A stretch of DNA of 64,000 nucleotides from Priapulus caudatus (Eukaryota). A program made the position numbers and the translations under genes. The stretch is from contig NW_014577067.1 in NCBI RefSeq assembly GCF_000485595.1, positions 173,563 through 237,562 of the forward strand. The letters are read 5' to 3'. Each line of letters opens with the position of its first letter. The first letter of the stretch is position 1. The notes under the pieces are model-generated. The model did not search any database, was not told where the DNA came from, and worked only from the letters and a program-made list of their open reading frames with translations. Of the stretch, positions 52,518 to 64,000 are shown in pieces.

Positions 52518-53213
52518 GCGCCGCGCTCAAGTGCACAAACGCATACGCACACGCATACAAAGCGTTTATCATCGGCAATTACGTGCAATAGTTGTAGCAT
52601 CTAATTTGCATCTGCCACGAGTTTGTAATTACTACCCGTATCAGGGCCCGCCGTAATCCTCGGCGCGACGAGGCTTCTGGGAAGGAGGGAGAGGACGGGG
52701 AGGAGGGAGAGGAGGGGAGGAGGGGTGTGCGGCACGTGCGCCAGCCAGCCGGGCGGAAATCGTAAGTGTCGGGGGGGGGGCGAGCCTTCAAAGTTCCGCC
52801 CCCGAATGAAGCCAGACCGGTGCGCCTTAACATCGTGTAAACAGACGCGGCGGGGTTTAGTCTGGGCGCTGGCTGCTCCGCATCACCCGCGGCCCAGTCT
52901 GATAGCCAGTTGTCGCCACTACACACACACACACACATATATATGTGTGTATGTATATATATCGCGATTTTTTTATTCAGGTGGAAAAATTCATGACCGA
53001 TATTTATATGTTCATTTTTGTAGAGAATTAAGGAAAACTGCATGAGGGTGCATTAATTGCCCTTGCTCATGTTTAAAAAAAACTAGATATTTAACTAGGC
53101 ACGGTAGTGTTAATGAATCTGGTTCTAAAGCTTTGCGTAAGGTCATTTTGCGAGGGAATTTTTTTCAGGCGATGTGAATCTATATCAGCTGGTCTGTTAT
53201 GCATGCATACGTT

Positions 53214-53254
53214 GAAGAGCGTATTAAAGTATAATCCTTCTTTATACGCTCTTG
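53214..53254. mobile_element. 41-bp TIR hairpin/footprint with perfect 7-bp TSD ATACGTT
   Basis: Same family as 30671-30709; flanks 53207-53213 and 53255-53261. Confidence 0.78.
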
Positions 53255-54769
53255 ATACGTTAAATGAGGGAAGTGATGTACCCTGCATGTAGTAGACTAT
53301 ATAAATATGATTAGAGAAGAGGTTAAGGGTATCCAGATGTTAAATCACTTAACAAATTCTTCAGAAGTTAAAGTGTGTGATTTTATGTTCACCAGACAAA
53401 AAATAACAGTGGAACATGTTTAAATAACTCGACGTGGGTATGTAAACTGGGTTTAATTATTTCGCAGTTACAGGGTTACCACTAACCAACGTGTTACGCG
53501 ACACTATCTGATCCTATCTCTCTTCCACCCTTTCCCCGCCCTTCTCTCTTCTCTCTATTTCTCTCTCCCATCTTCCTCTTTCTCTTTTTCCCTCTTTCTG
53601 TTTTTCTAACTCTCTCTTTCTTTCTCTCCACACTCTCTCTTTTTCTACATCTCTCTAGTGTGCGTGTGCGTGTGCGTGTGCGTGTGCGCGTGCGTGCGTG
53701 CATGTGTATAGCGTACGTGTGTGAAGAGGGAGGGATAATCAGTGTTTCTCAGATGTGGCCTTCGACGTTAACTCACGAATAAAAATCATCTTAGACGTTA
53801 ACTCGCGCATAAAAATCTATAAAAGTTTTGCAAAACCGCGGCACACGTGGCGGCGCGTGCCGTACAGTCCGCGATAAGCTGCACGTGGGGCGTGTGTTAA
53901 ATGACGAGGTATATCTAGCTACGGGTAACGGCCAGCAAAACAGCTGCATCGGTTTACGCCGCCGCGCGGATGCAGGAAGAACGTAATCTTTCATCGCCGG
54001 GCTCTCCACCACCTTGCGTGTAGGGTGCACGGTGTAACCGGCGGCTCCCCCATATAGACGTTTCACAGCGAGCAAGCGCGCCGCAGTTAAAACTTTAAAG
54101 CCGATGATTTGTGGCCGGCACGTCAACCCCGTCGTAGTTTTACACACGTGGGAATTGGAAACACGATGGCGTGTATAGAGCCAGCCGTAGTACGCTGGCG
54201 AACCCCCGGCAGTGAACCGCATAGGAGTCCTATACTATAATTGATTCCTACTGTAATGATGTTATATACGTCACGTGAACGCGTTGACGATGTCGTGTGG
54301 TAGAGGTGGCGAGTGATAGACGTTTCTGATCTAAAAACGGTCACCTACTTTATATATAATTGGCCATATCGTGACCGGCCCTTATTGTTGGCGGCAACCA
54401 ATCATATCGACGGTGTTTATTTTTCACATTACGGCCGTAACTGTTTCCGTACGAGGTAGGCACCTGCGTCGCATGTGACCGCGTGCAACGTGCATGCTAA
54501 TGTTGTCCACACTACAATGTGATAATAGCATTGACACTCTCGGGCTTGAGTAGATAGTGATGGGCGAGCGAGTCACGTAATGAGCGATCGTTACCGTTAG
54601 CGCTGACACCGGCCGATCGTTGCTCCCTAACATCATATCTCTACTGTACATACAAGACGCGGTCAGTAATGACAAATTTGTCATTCAGCCCTGATACAAG
54701 ACGTATACTAGCCGCCGCCGCCGCCGCTGCTGCTATGGTGGCGTACACGCACACGCGTGTACGCACGCA

Positions 54770-54902
<133 letters not shown>

Positions 54903-54927
54903 NNNNNNNNNNNNNNNNNNNNNNNNN

Positions 54928-54970
<43 letters not shown>

Positions 54971-55852
54971 CTTTCTCTCTCTATCTATCTATCTCACCCT
55001 CTCTCTCTCTCTCTTCGTCGACCGACACCAACTTCTCTAGAGTGCGGACACTGATGATCTATTTCATTGAAATCTATGCCGCTCGTCATTTCGCTGTGAT
55101 ATATCCAGTGTGTCTGTCACTCGCGGTCTGGTGCCGTGAGGCATATTGACCTCAGATGGCAATGTTTGTATACAGAAGAGAAGAGGAGAGGACCTGGCTA
55201 ACCCTAGGGGAGGTTCTATTACACAGTGTAACCTCTGGAACGCCCCCCTAATCGCACCGTTACTCAGGGCGATTTTATAGGGAAGGGGAGCTACATATGC
55301 AGAGCGGTTCTGCTGCTATTTTCTGTGATTGATGAATTTGTACTATAGATATACGGTAGATTCATGCCCACTGGAGTCTTTGGCGATAGAGCTGTGCTGG
55401 ATTAGTAGTTTATAAATTCTCTGAATTGCTAAATGTGTTGGTTATAATTGTCGTCTCATCCGTTCTATAGCTCGAGCATAGTTTGTTCTACGTACTAATT
55501 CCTGTTATAGGCGTGGTGGAATACATTAGTTAGATTTGTTTTTTTAGTTAGGCCTGGCCATGAGTGTGTTAAACTCGCCAGCTGAGGTGAAACTGGTCTC
55601 GAAGGAACGAAAATACTCTTTTTCCCGCTGTGACTTTTCCGCCCGAGTTACGCCTGGAGCTGCATGCTACTGCTGTGTGCAGCGTGCGCGCCAGCTGTAT
55701 CTGCGAATAGCCAGCCTCGTGCGTTTCGAACAGATTGGAGATGTTAGTAGAGTTGTCGGACATCGACGTTGCATGGCGTGACACCGGTTGTAGGGAACCG
55801 TGCGTGGGTGGATGATCAGTAGCCAGGTTCACCCCGCGTGTGTGCCCTAGTC

Positions 55853-56137
55853 CTGCTACTACTGCTGGTTATGCTGCTGCTGCTGCTGTTGTTGTTGTTG
55901 CTGTTACTGCTGTTGCTACTGTTGCTACTGTTGCTGCGGCTGTTGCTGTTACTGCTGCTACTGCTACTGCTACTGCTGCTCCTACTACTATTAGTGCTGA
56001 TGGCTGTGGTGCTGCTGCTGCTGCTGCTGCTGGCTGTGCTGCTGCTGTTGCTGCTGCTGTTGCTGCTGCTAGTGCTGTTGCTGCTGCTGGTTGTGGTGGT
56101 GCTCGTGCTGGTGATGGTGCTCTTGCTGCTGCTGTTA
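55853..56137. repeat. Degenerate (CTG/TTG/CTA)n trinucleotide tract
   Basis: Direct reading. Confidence 0.9.
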
Positions 56138-57850
56138 CCCATAAATAACTGGCTATCTTTATGATCAGGGTGGTATTTTCATAACTTCCATAACTGCTTT
56201 GCGCTGACGCACGCGCACAACCCTTTAACCGCACACGCGCACACGCGCACGCACGTGCACACCCGGACACACGCACGCACGCACGCACATATATCTACCT
56301 TGCCGTGGAGTAGCCTCGCCTTTCTTTGTTCTCCGTTATCGGCGTACAATCTGTTGGGGGAGCTAACGATTACACTTACCTCCGCATGATTAGTATATAT
56401 GTTTGCTGAGCCAACAGCAAACGAATCTCTTCTCTGAAGAGGTTTCTATAGGCATTTTGCGACGTTGTGAATGATGGTACCGCGTGTTTACTCTTTGTGC
56501 GCATGCGCACTGACCTGCCTCTGCGTGGTGTACATGCACCGAGCTACCCGCATTTCATGTTACTGCCACATTTCGATGTCGTTGGCCTTGTATAGGCGTG
56601 TAACAAGTATATGCACGCAGTTTCTGTCAATCTAATAAGACCTACGGGGGCAGAATTATTCATGGCGTGAAATGTTACCTATCGTGTCAGGCTGTCTCAG
56701 CCCCAGACGACACTCGGCCAACGAATGTTTTTTTTAAAGAAATACGATATGTTTTCAAGCACAAGTGCAGTCTTCGGAAGAATGTAGGATTTTTAAAGGA
56801 AAACGATATATTTCTGGCTACATGTGTACCCAGAATAAACGTCTCGTTTTTAAAATAATATAGCCACGTTTCCCCGAAATCTTTAGACCTTAGGATGGTT
56901 TAGGCTTCAGCCTCTAAGACTTCTTTCCTGTTTGGTCGCATCTGTTTTGGGATCAGGTGCCCGTAACTCCGAGTCACCGTGAGTGCGCGCGCGCGGCGTG
57001 TGTGTGTGTGTGTCTGAGCGTGTTGTGTGTCTGTGTGTGTGATGTGCTGTGTTGTGTTGTGCCATTGTGTGTGCTTGTGTGTGTGTACGTACGTGCGGGC
57101 TGTGCTGTGTGCGTGCGTGGGGGCTGCGTTGCTTTTGCGTCCGATGCTATGCGTGCTGTGGCGTACGGTGGATGCGTGCGTGCGTGTGTGTGCCTGTGTG
57201 TACATCTGTGTGTACGTCGGTGTGTGCGTGCGTGTGTGCGTTTATTTATGTATGTGTGTGTGGTCGAACCACACACAACTTCGGGTGTCATGTTGTGTGT
57301 ACGTCTGTGCGTGCGTGTATGTGTGTACGTCTGTGTGTGCGTGCGTGTGTGTGCGTGTATTCGTGTATGTGTGCGTGCGTGCGTGCGTGCGTGGTTGTGT
57401 TTGTGCGTCTTAGGTGGGTTCGCGCTGTGACGTTGCGTGCGGTCCGTCGGTGCCTCCCAGGAAGCTGAGGCGGACGTGTATCGTGTATGATATTTATTAG
57501 CTCCATGCCGATGCGCGCCGCACGTGTCCACGCTCTTATCTTTCACAAACATCCCGTGCGCATCTCATCACACGCTGCTGCGACACGCGGCAGCGGGGTC
57601 TGCGTGCTCTCCCCACCGCACTCCACACGCACGCGCACGCACGCCGCACGCGACGCACGCACACGCACGCACGCACGCGCACACGCACCCACGGTAATGG
57701 TGGTGATAGTGGGGCGGTCCGCTATCTTACGTCACCCACTCCACTCGCTATTGAACGTAGAGTAAACGCTTCGCATTTGCGTGTTTCAATTTCTCACTTT
57801 CGATTATTTGCGAATGATCGGGAAATTCCTCTCCACACCGTTTCCACATC

Positions 57851-58338
57851 AGCCTCGTTCACACGAGACCTCGTATTTCTGAAATACCGGATTTGCGAAA
57901 TACCGTATCTGAGACAATACACGCGCGAGCGTTCACACGCTGATTGCGGCTCCAGAAATACGGTATTTGCGAGCTGCGAGCTGCTTAGTAACATCAAGCA
58001 AACAATGCGAAATAAACAATGCAATGCGCACCAACTGCCGATAAAATACGTAGACTGGTCGCGCTCGGAAGTTTCCACTCGCATTACACTGGAACTGTCG
58101 AGCGCGGACCAGTCTATAAAATACGCGGCTTCAGAAATTCGGTATTTAGCGTTCACACGAGGAAATGCGCGGTCCAAGAAATCCGGTATTTCTCAAGCAC
58201 GGCAAATTATTCGGGGTCTGGGAAGCCTCGTATTTACATGAAATACCGGATCTGTTTAGATACCGGATTTCTTGGGCCTCGTATTTTGTCTCGTGTGAAC
58301 GCTAAATACCGGATTTCTTGCTACGTGTGAACGCGGCT
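57851..58338. mobile_element. PIF/Harbinger-like MITE
   Basis: TIR agcctcgttcacacg / cgtgtgaacgcggct; 3-bp TSD ATC; internal aataccgg and gttcacacg repeats. Confidence 0.8.
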
Positions 58339-59845
58339 ATCATTGCGAAGCAGTGCTTTTCTGCGAAACGTACAACTAGTACATCAAGACACGTAGACTA
58401 CCATACCACCTTCATAGTATATCAATTCGATAGGAATCTGTTCGGCTGAGTTTGTACAGCTGATTTAACATCATTGTTTTAAATAGCAGCGTATATAGTT
58501 TCTACAATCATGAATTCTGAGCGTGGTACAATTGAACGTGAAACTGCCTACTGTTATAGGAACGCGATGTTTTCATACCTACTTGAGAATGAGTTATTAA
58601 CACTAACAGTGGCTGCAGGCTATCCGATCCTTGATTTAGAGGCCTAATTACCTTGTGTCGGTCACTCAGAGATTTTATAATTGCCCCGAAGTCGTTGCGT
58701 CTACAAGACGTTTTGTAATTCCAATTTGGTGGGTGGAGTTTCATTGTTGCCGTCGTAGTTCGCGTCAGTATTTCTGGTAGAAAATTCGACTAAATATATG
58801 TCGGTGGAATCGTTACCGTGGCCGTGCATATTAATCATGGCTGGTATCCTTTACGTATCGAGTTAATATACTGATCCACTCCTGCGATATAGGTACTTGG
58901 TTTATGCATGGTGTGTTCTCGACTCTTCTAAGCTCTGAAGTGTCCTTTACGTTTTGTGTGTGTGCATTAGTTAATGACTCGACGTGTGCAACATCCTATA
59001 TGCCCGATGTAATCACACATAGCGTATACAGCTTCTTTTAGCTATTGTAAATTTTTTGGAAATACGCTGTTATGTGTTCTCCCATTCCAAGGTCTTATAT
59101 TGTGTTTAGCGCGCAGTTTTGTGGAGTTTTGTACTGGCGTCTCAAACGTTACAGGCTCAATATAGATACAAGCGTGTTATAATGAACCCTAAAAAATTCC
59201 CACAAATCTCCTTCGAAGAAGGCTGTTGAAACATTTGTGCGAAAGCTTACACAAATCTCTCTTGAAAGAGACTTTTAAAACTGTTAGGAGAAAACTCGTA
59301 CAAATCCCCATTCGAAAAAGACTGTCTTCTAAGAGTACCTATAGCGGCATTCGACCACTCGCTGGGTGCCTTGTAACCCACGCTCTGGGTCAGCAAGGGT
59401 CTACGGCCGTAAAGAGTTCGAATCTGACAGCGGTGCGAATAGTATTCACCCCTGGACGCCCTCGATCAGATAAAACCACAGCCAAACAATGCTGCGACCA
59501 GGTAGGGTGTTTAGCAGATAATGCGTCTAGCTCGGCACAACACTCTTTCTCTGGCCGCGTGACAAGCAGACGTGGTCGGCACGACTGACTGCGGTGACTG
59601 TGGTCCGCACGCTAAGCCGATTGTGAGAGATTTACAGCGTGTTTGTGCCGTGGCGTGTTTACAGCAGCCGTGTGTCTCTGGAGGATGCTCGCTGTGTGAT
59701 GCTGGGCCGACAAAGTTCGCTCTCCCCTGTTGTCCGATTATGCAGCTGGTTAGGCGTGATCGCGGATGATTGGCACGAGCGAAGACATTTAATAGAAAAC
59801 ATTGGTGGTCGCGTCTTACGGGCGAATAGATAGCACCTGTCGTTT

Positions 59846-59847
59846 AG

Positions 59848-59900
<53 letters not shown>

Positions 59901-59901
59901 G

Positions 59902-59934
<33 letters not shown>
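59846..59934. repeat. Compound (TTG)n(CTG)n microsatellite
   Basis: Direct reading. Confidence 0.95.
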
Positions 59935-59936
<2 letters not shown>

Positions 59937-60409
59937 ATGTAATGCAACGCTGCCACGCGTAGCTTGAGTTTCTATTCATGACAAACCCGCTGCTTGCTGT
60001 TTTCTAAATGTCCAGGAACGCGCGCCTGCTTAGAGGTTTCGACTCGATACGTTCCGATTTTGTCACATGCGATTATACTCGCAAGAGTAAACGCTAAGCA
60101 GAGCGCAGTCGGGCGGAATACTACAGCTGCTCTACTTTATCTAGCCGTAGTTTATCCTACGCGATTTTCGTCGCAATTACCCACACGCAACGTCATACTC
60201 ACACGCTTTACATTTTGCACGAGTCTACACTCAACGTAACTACGTGCACTTATACGTCTCATACAACACTGCACCTCTTTGACTCCGTACGAATAAACTG
60301 ATGTTTGAAACGCTGTTCGGACGGAGAGAGTACGCCGGCTTCCGTAACGAATGATGGATGCTGGACACGTCTTCTCTACACGCGTACAGTGCAGCAGCTG
60401 TAGATGTCT

Positions 60410-60621
<212 letters not shown>

Positions 60622-63592
60622 AGTTCTGCTCAGCTGATCCTGCAGCTGGTTACCAACTATAACTCGCGTGTAAAATCCAGTATATACGTTTCTCTCCGTG
60701 ATAATGACTTTTCATAGCCAAGCGTCCACGCAGGGTGATAAAATATATCATGTTCTATAGGGCAAAATACTACGCTAAACAGTTCCAAAATGACGCGGTG
60801 TAGATATTTGTCCACCGTTGACTGGTGAACGACTAGAGACGATTGATGTAAAGAACGCCTGACGATGCAAACTATGCCGGGGATTATGCCTGGCGAATGC
60901 CAATACTGTTGCTGCGGTTAAACGCCTACGCAAATGTTGGCAGCCGAAAGCCAGGGTGTGTTGCCATTTTGAAGTGCTTCGATAGAGAGGTGGGCCGCAC
61001 ATTGCCATGCATTCCACTCTAGGATCCATGTCAAACCTATGCGGCTTACGTAACCGTGTTGTTATATATGAAATGAATTCTCCACGTGCTTCGTGAGTGG
61101 GTAATACAATCAGGCGTTGCCTTGGTGGCAGTGGTCCCTGTGTAAACGCCAGCTGAGCGTATCTGATTTCGTTCTGTTTGCCCGGCCTGGATCCCATTAT
61201 GAATGAATTAGCGTGCCATGCTAACCATTTCTATGCCGATTACCAACTGCGCTTGCGTCATGGCTGCTGAGATGTAAAGAGATTGAAGAACTGCGGAAGT
61301 TTTTTTTATATGCTCGTATTTTTTGCCCAGTTATCAATGGAGCAATGGTGTAGATCTCAAATGTAGATAACGTGTAGTTTCATAAGAAAAGAAATCTGTG
61401 CACGTTCTCCAACGCGAAGGCTACTATTTTCGTACTGTCTGTATGTTATAAAGCTAGAGAGACGTCCGCGTTCGGTGTATTATATTGGCGCTTGCTAGAT
61501 ATAGCCTACTTTATTGCGTTCGGCTTGAGAATGAATTCAGGATATAGTGTAGTTTTTGTATGGACTTGATTTCATGTGTCGTTGGCTGAAACTAACGATG
61601 GATGTGTGACGATAAAGCTCGGTCTATTTTCCTTAACGTGTACAATGTCGTTATCATTGTGATGACAGTTTATGTACACGTTTTATCGTTTGTTTGTAAG
61701 CAATAGTTTTAGCTGAGGAAACCTGTTAGGTTAAGTGTCTGCAGCATGAGCTAAAGAGTTAGCCTAGGTTCCTTGTGAGCCCTGTTCAGTCATTGGTCAG
61801 ATGAACAACGTCATCGGGTCGAGTTGAAAAGGTCGTCGTGATTGGGTTTCAGATTCTGTTCGAGTTTATATAACCCAATCATCTTCAGTTATACATCTGT
61901 CGTTGTTAGGCGCAGCGATAAGGGCGTGGAATCCTTTCAGTTGATCCGGTACTTTTGGTCTCGTTGTCTCTTATAAAACAATGTTGTGTAGCAGGCTGGA
62001 TGTGTGTGTATACACGCTTGCATTCTGCTGTGACGCGCTGAGTCAGCTGTGTGGTCAGTGCTCACATTGTTTCAGTCTGTCCAGTCCGTCCAGGATGTGC
62101 CCGGTGGCAGTCGGTGATTTCCTTGTCCGAATCGGTCGCACCAAACAGCCGTGTTTCTGTTTACCTGACCTTTAGTCAGTCAATCTGCGTTAATATGAGT
62201 GGATAATTCCCTAAACCTCTGCCGGACTGTTGTGGAGCGGCCGCCATCAAGGGCGCGCCGTGCGGCGACCGTCCGCCCACACAATCCACGGCTATAAATA
62301 TTCATGGCGCGGCCCAGTGTCTGTGTCCATAGATGTGTCACCGTCGATTGCTCTCGGCTGGCTTTATGCCGATGGACACATTATCGCCACTGATCTCCAT
62401 AATCCGTCGGGGACAATGGCGGTCAGTGAAACTGACCCGTCACAATGGCGCTGTTGAAATTGGCCGGAGGTGCGCTTGCACGCCAATTCCTCCCCCCTCC
62501 CCCCGTCCTCTGTGTTTGCCCACTGCCTCTCTGATCAGATGCGCTCCTCCTTTGACTCGGGTTAACTCACCGTCCGTGGCACGCAGCCGTACGTCCCACA
62601 TCAAGCGACACGCCGATGTACGAAAATGCGCGCATGCCATTCGCGGGGAGTCAATATAATGGACGGTCGTTGATATATGCATGGGGACATCAAACGAAGT
62701 TTTAATTTGCGCGTGATGCGCGCGGCTTTTAGGTGTTTATATGGCCGGCATAGTGAGATACGTTGGTGAGAGCGTTCACTTGTATTTTCGTGTTTTGTAA
62801 GCGCCGCCTTGTGATTTGTGCCGGCGCGTTCGCGTGCGTGTGACAAGGGAATAGTAAAATGTATAACTTTGTACGTGCTATTCGTGTTGCATACAGATTT
62901 TGCACGAGTATATAAATGACGGTATACATTTCATGTTCACACTTACGCGGATGCGAAGTGAGCCATTGAATGTAGACCAAATGTTTTTATGAGCAGGATA
63001 TAGTGAGAAAGGTGTGGGAGAAGGAGAGGGAAAGAGAGAGAGAGAGAGAGAGAGAGGGAGGGAGGAGGGGGAGCGAGCGAGAGGGGGGAAGAGGGCGAAG
63101 AGCGTAGCAAGCGTTTTTGCTCAAAGCGCAAAGGCAAACTTCAGAAATATATTGTAACATTAAGCTGCAGTTTCTAATGACATCTGTAAACTGTCAAAAT
63201 GCGTTCACAATCTTAAAGCTTGTTATTCACTATAAGTTTCTCAGCTAACCTATTCATATGGTATTTAGATCAGAATTGCATTGCATGACATTTAAGATGC
63301 AAAAAACATTCAAACACGTTATATACCCTTCACCTAGGTCCTAGAATAACGAAACCATTTAATATCCCTTGTTTACACTTATTAATGGGCGTTTCAAGAA
63401 CAGAATACAACAAAAACTAAACTAAGTAGCTCATATTGACAGACGCACGCACATACGCACGCACACACACACACACGCACGCACACACGCACGCACATCA
63501 CGCATCACGTGTGTTGATGAGCCCAATTCTCGCTACCACGAACATGAATAGCATATGCTTTCTATCGGCACATACGCTGCATATATATATAT

Positions 63593-63624
63593 CAAGAGCT
63601 AATAATACGTATTATTAGCTCTTG
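63593..63624. mobile_element. Perfect 32-bp palindrome (16+16) within an (AT)n tract; TIR footprint
   Basis: caagagctaataatac|gtattattagctcttg; a half copy lies at ~11815-11830. Confidence 0.7.
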
Positions 63625-63810
63625 ATATATATATATAATAATATCAAGTAACATTTATGATCGATACACGTGTGGGGGGAATGCTGGTGCAATAATATGT
63701 AAATGACGTGCAATTTACCTGGATTAAAAAAGGCCACATGAACGTTAAATGTCCTGTTAAATCATTTTTATCAAAAACAAAATGTTAATGATAGTTCTCT
63801 TCAATCTAAT

Positions 63811-63853
63811 CAGGGGTAGATAATGACAAATTATTTGTCATTATCTACCCCTG
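63811..63853. mobile_element. 43-bp TIR hairpin/footprint
   Basis: caggggtagataatgacaaa-tta-tttgtcattatctacccctg; flanks ATCTAAT/ATATAAT. Confidence 0.75.
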
Positions 63854-63925
63854 ATATAATCTAACTATGTTTGTATTTCCTATTCGCCCATGTGTACAAA
63901 GTGGTGATTTCTGGAACATTTAAAA

Positions 63926-63991
63926 ATAATGTGTTTGCTTTTGTTTTTCTAGGTGAGTGAATTCCCCATTTCGATTTCGTCAGTGGTAAGA
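63926..63991 (+). promoter_or_regulatory. Candidate recursive splice site (AG|GT) with 33-nt cryptic exon 63953-63985
   Basis: taatgtgtttgcttttgtttttctAG|GTGAGT; second donor GTG|GTAAGA at 63986. Confidence 0.6.
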
Positions 63992-64000
63992 TAGGCAATT

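Noticed and set aside
39150..52986. Weaker AG|GT junctions (39159 GTGACG, ~45449 GTAGCA, 47384 GTGGGA, 52980 GTGGAA)
   Set aside because: Short pyrimidine tracts or poor donor consensus; likely at chance frequency.
55816..56288. Poly-Leu, poly-Ala and poly-Ser ORFs
   Set aside because: Trinucleotide low-complexity tract open in several frames; no splice or homology support.
59659..59979. Poly-Gln ORF on the minus strand
   Set aside because: Microsatellite translation with non-coding-looking flanks.

Overview
Animal (invertebrate-type) genomic DNA, not prokaryotic. I reconstructed three protein-coding genes by hand. (1) An LMBRD1-like lysosomal cobalamin escort protein with an intron-free CDS (+, 3824-5626). 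(2) A 16-exon TTC39C orthologue (-, 21851-10221, 648 aa), convergent with LMBRD1. (3) The 5.2-kb first coding exon of a Fat/FAT4 giant cadherin (+, 25401-30572, about 16 cadherin repeats), head-to-head with TTC39C, followed by an intron of more than 33 kb that runs off the window. The rest is a 5'-truncated LINE, many non-autonomous DNA transposons with readable TSDs (5-bp hAT-like, 8-bp foldback, 9-bp MULE-like, TTAA Kolobok-like, 3-bp Harbinger-like, Helitrons), microsatellites and three N gaps. Best candidates for something undescribed: (a) two evenly spaced, strong AG|GT junctions (46258, 63952) in the Fat intron that look like recursive-splicing ratchet points, one with a 33-nt in-frame cryptic exon; (b) dispersed 32-65-bp TIR-only hairpins, mostly with 7-bp direct repeats, that look like P-superfamily excision footprints related to the 8-bp-TSD foldback MITEs. 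All family assignments come from motif recall; no database search was run.
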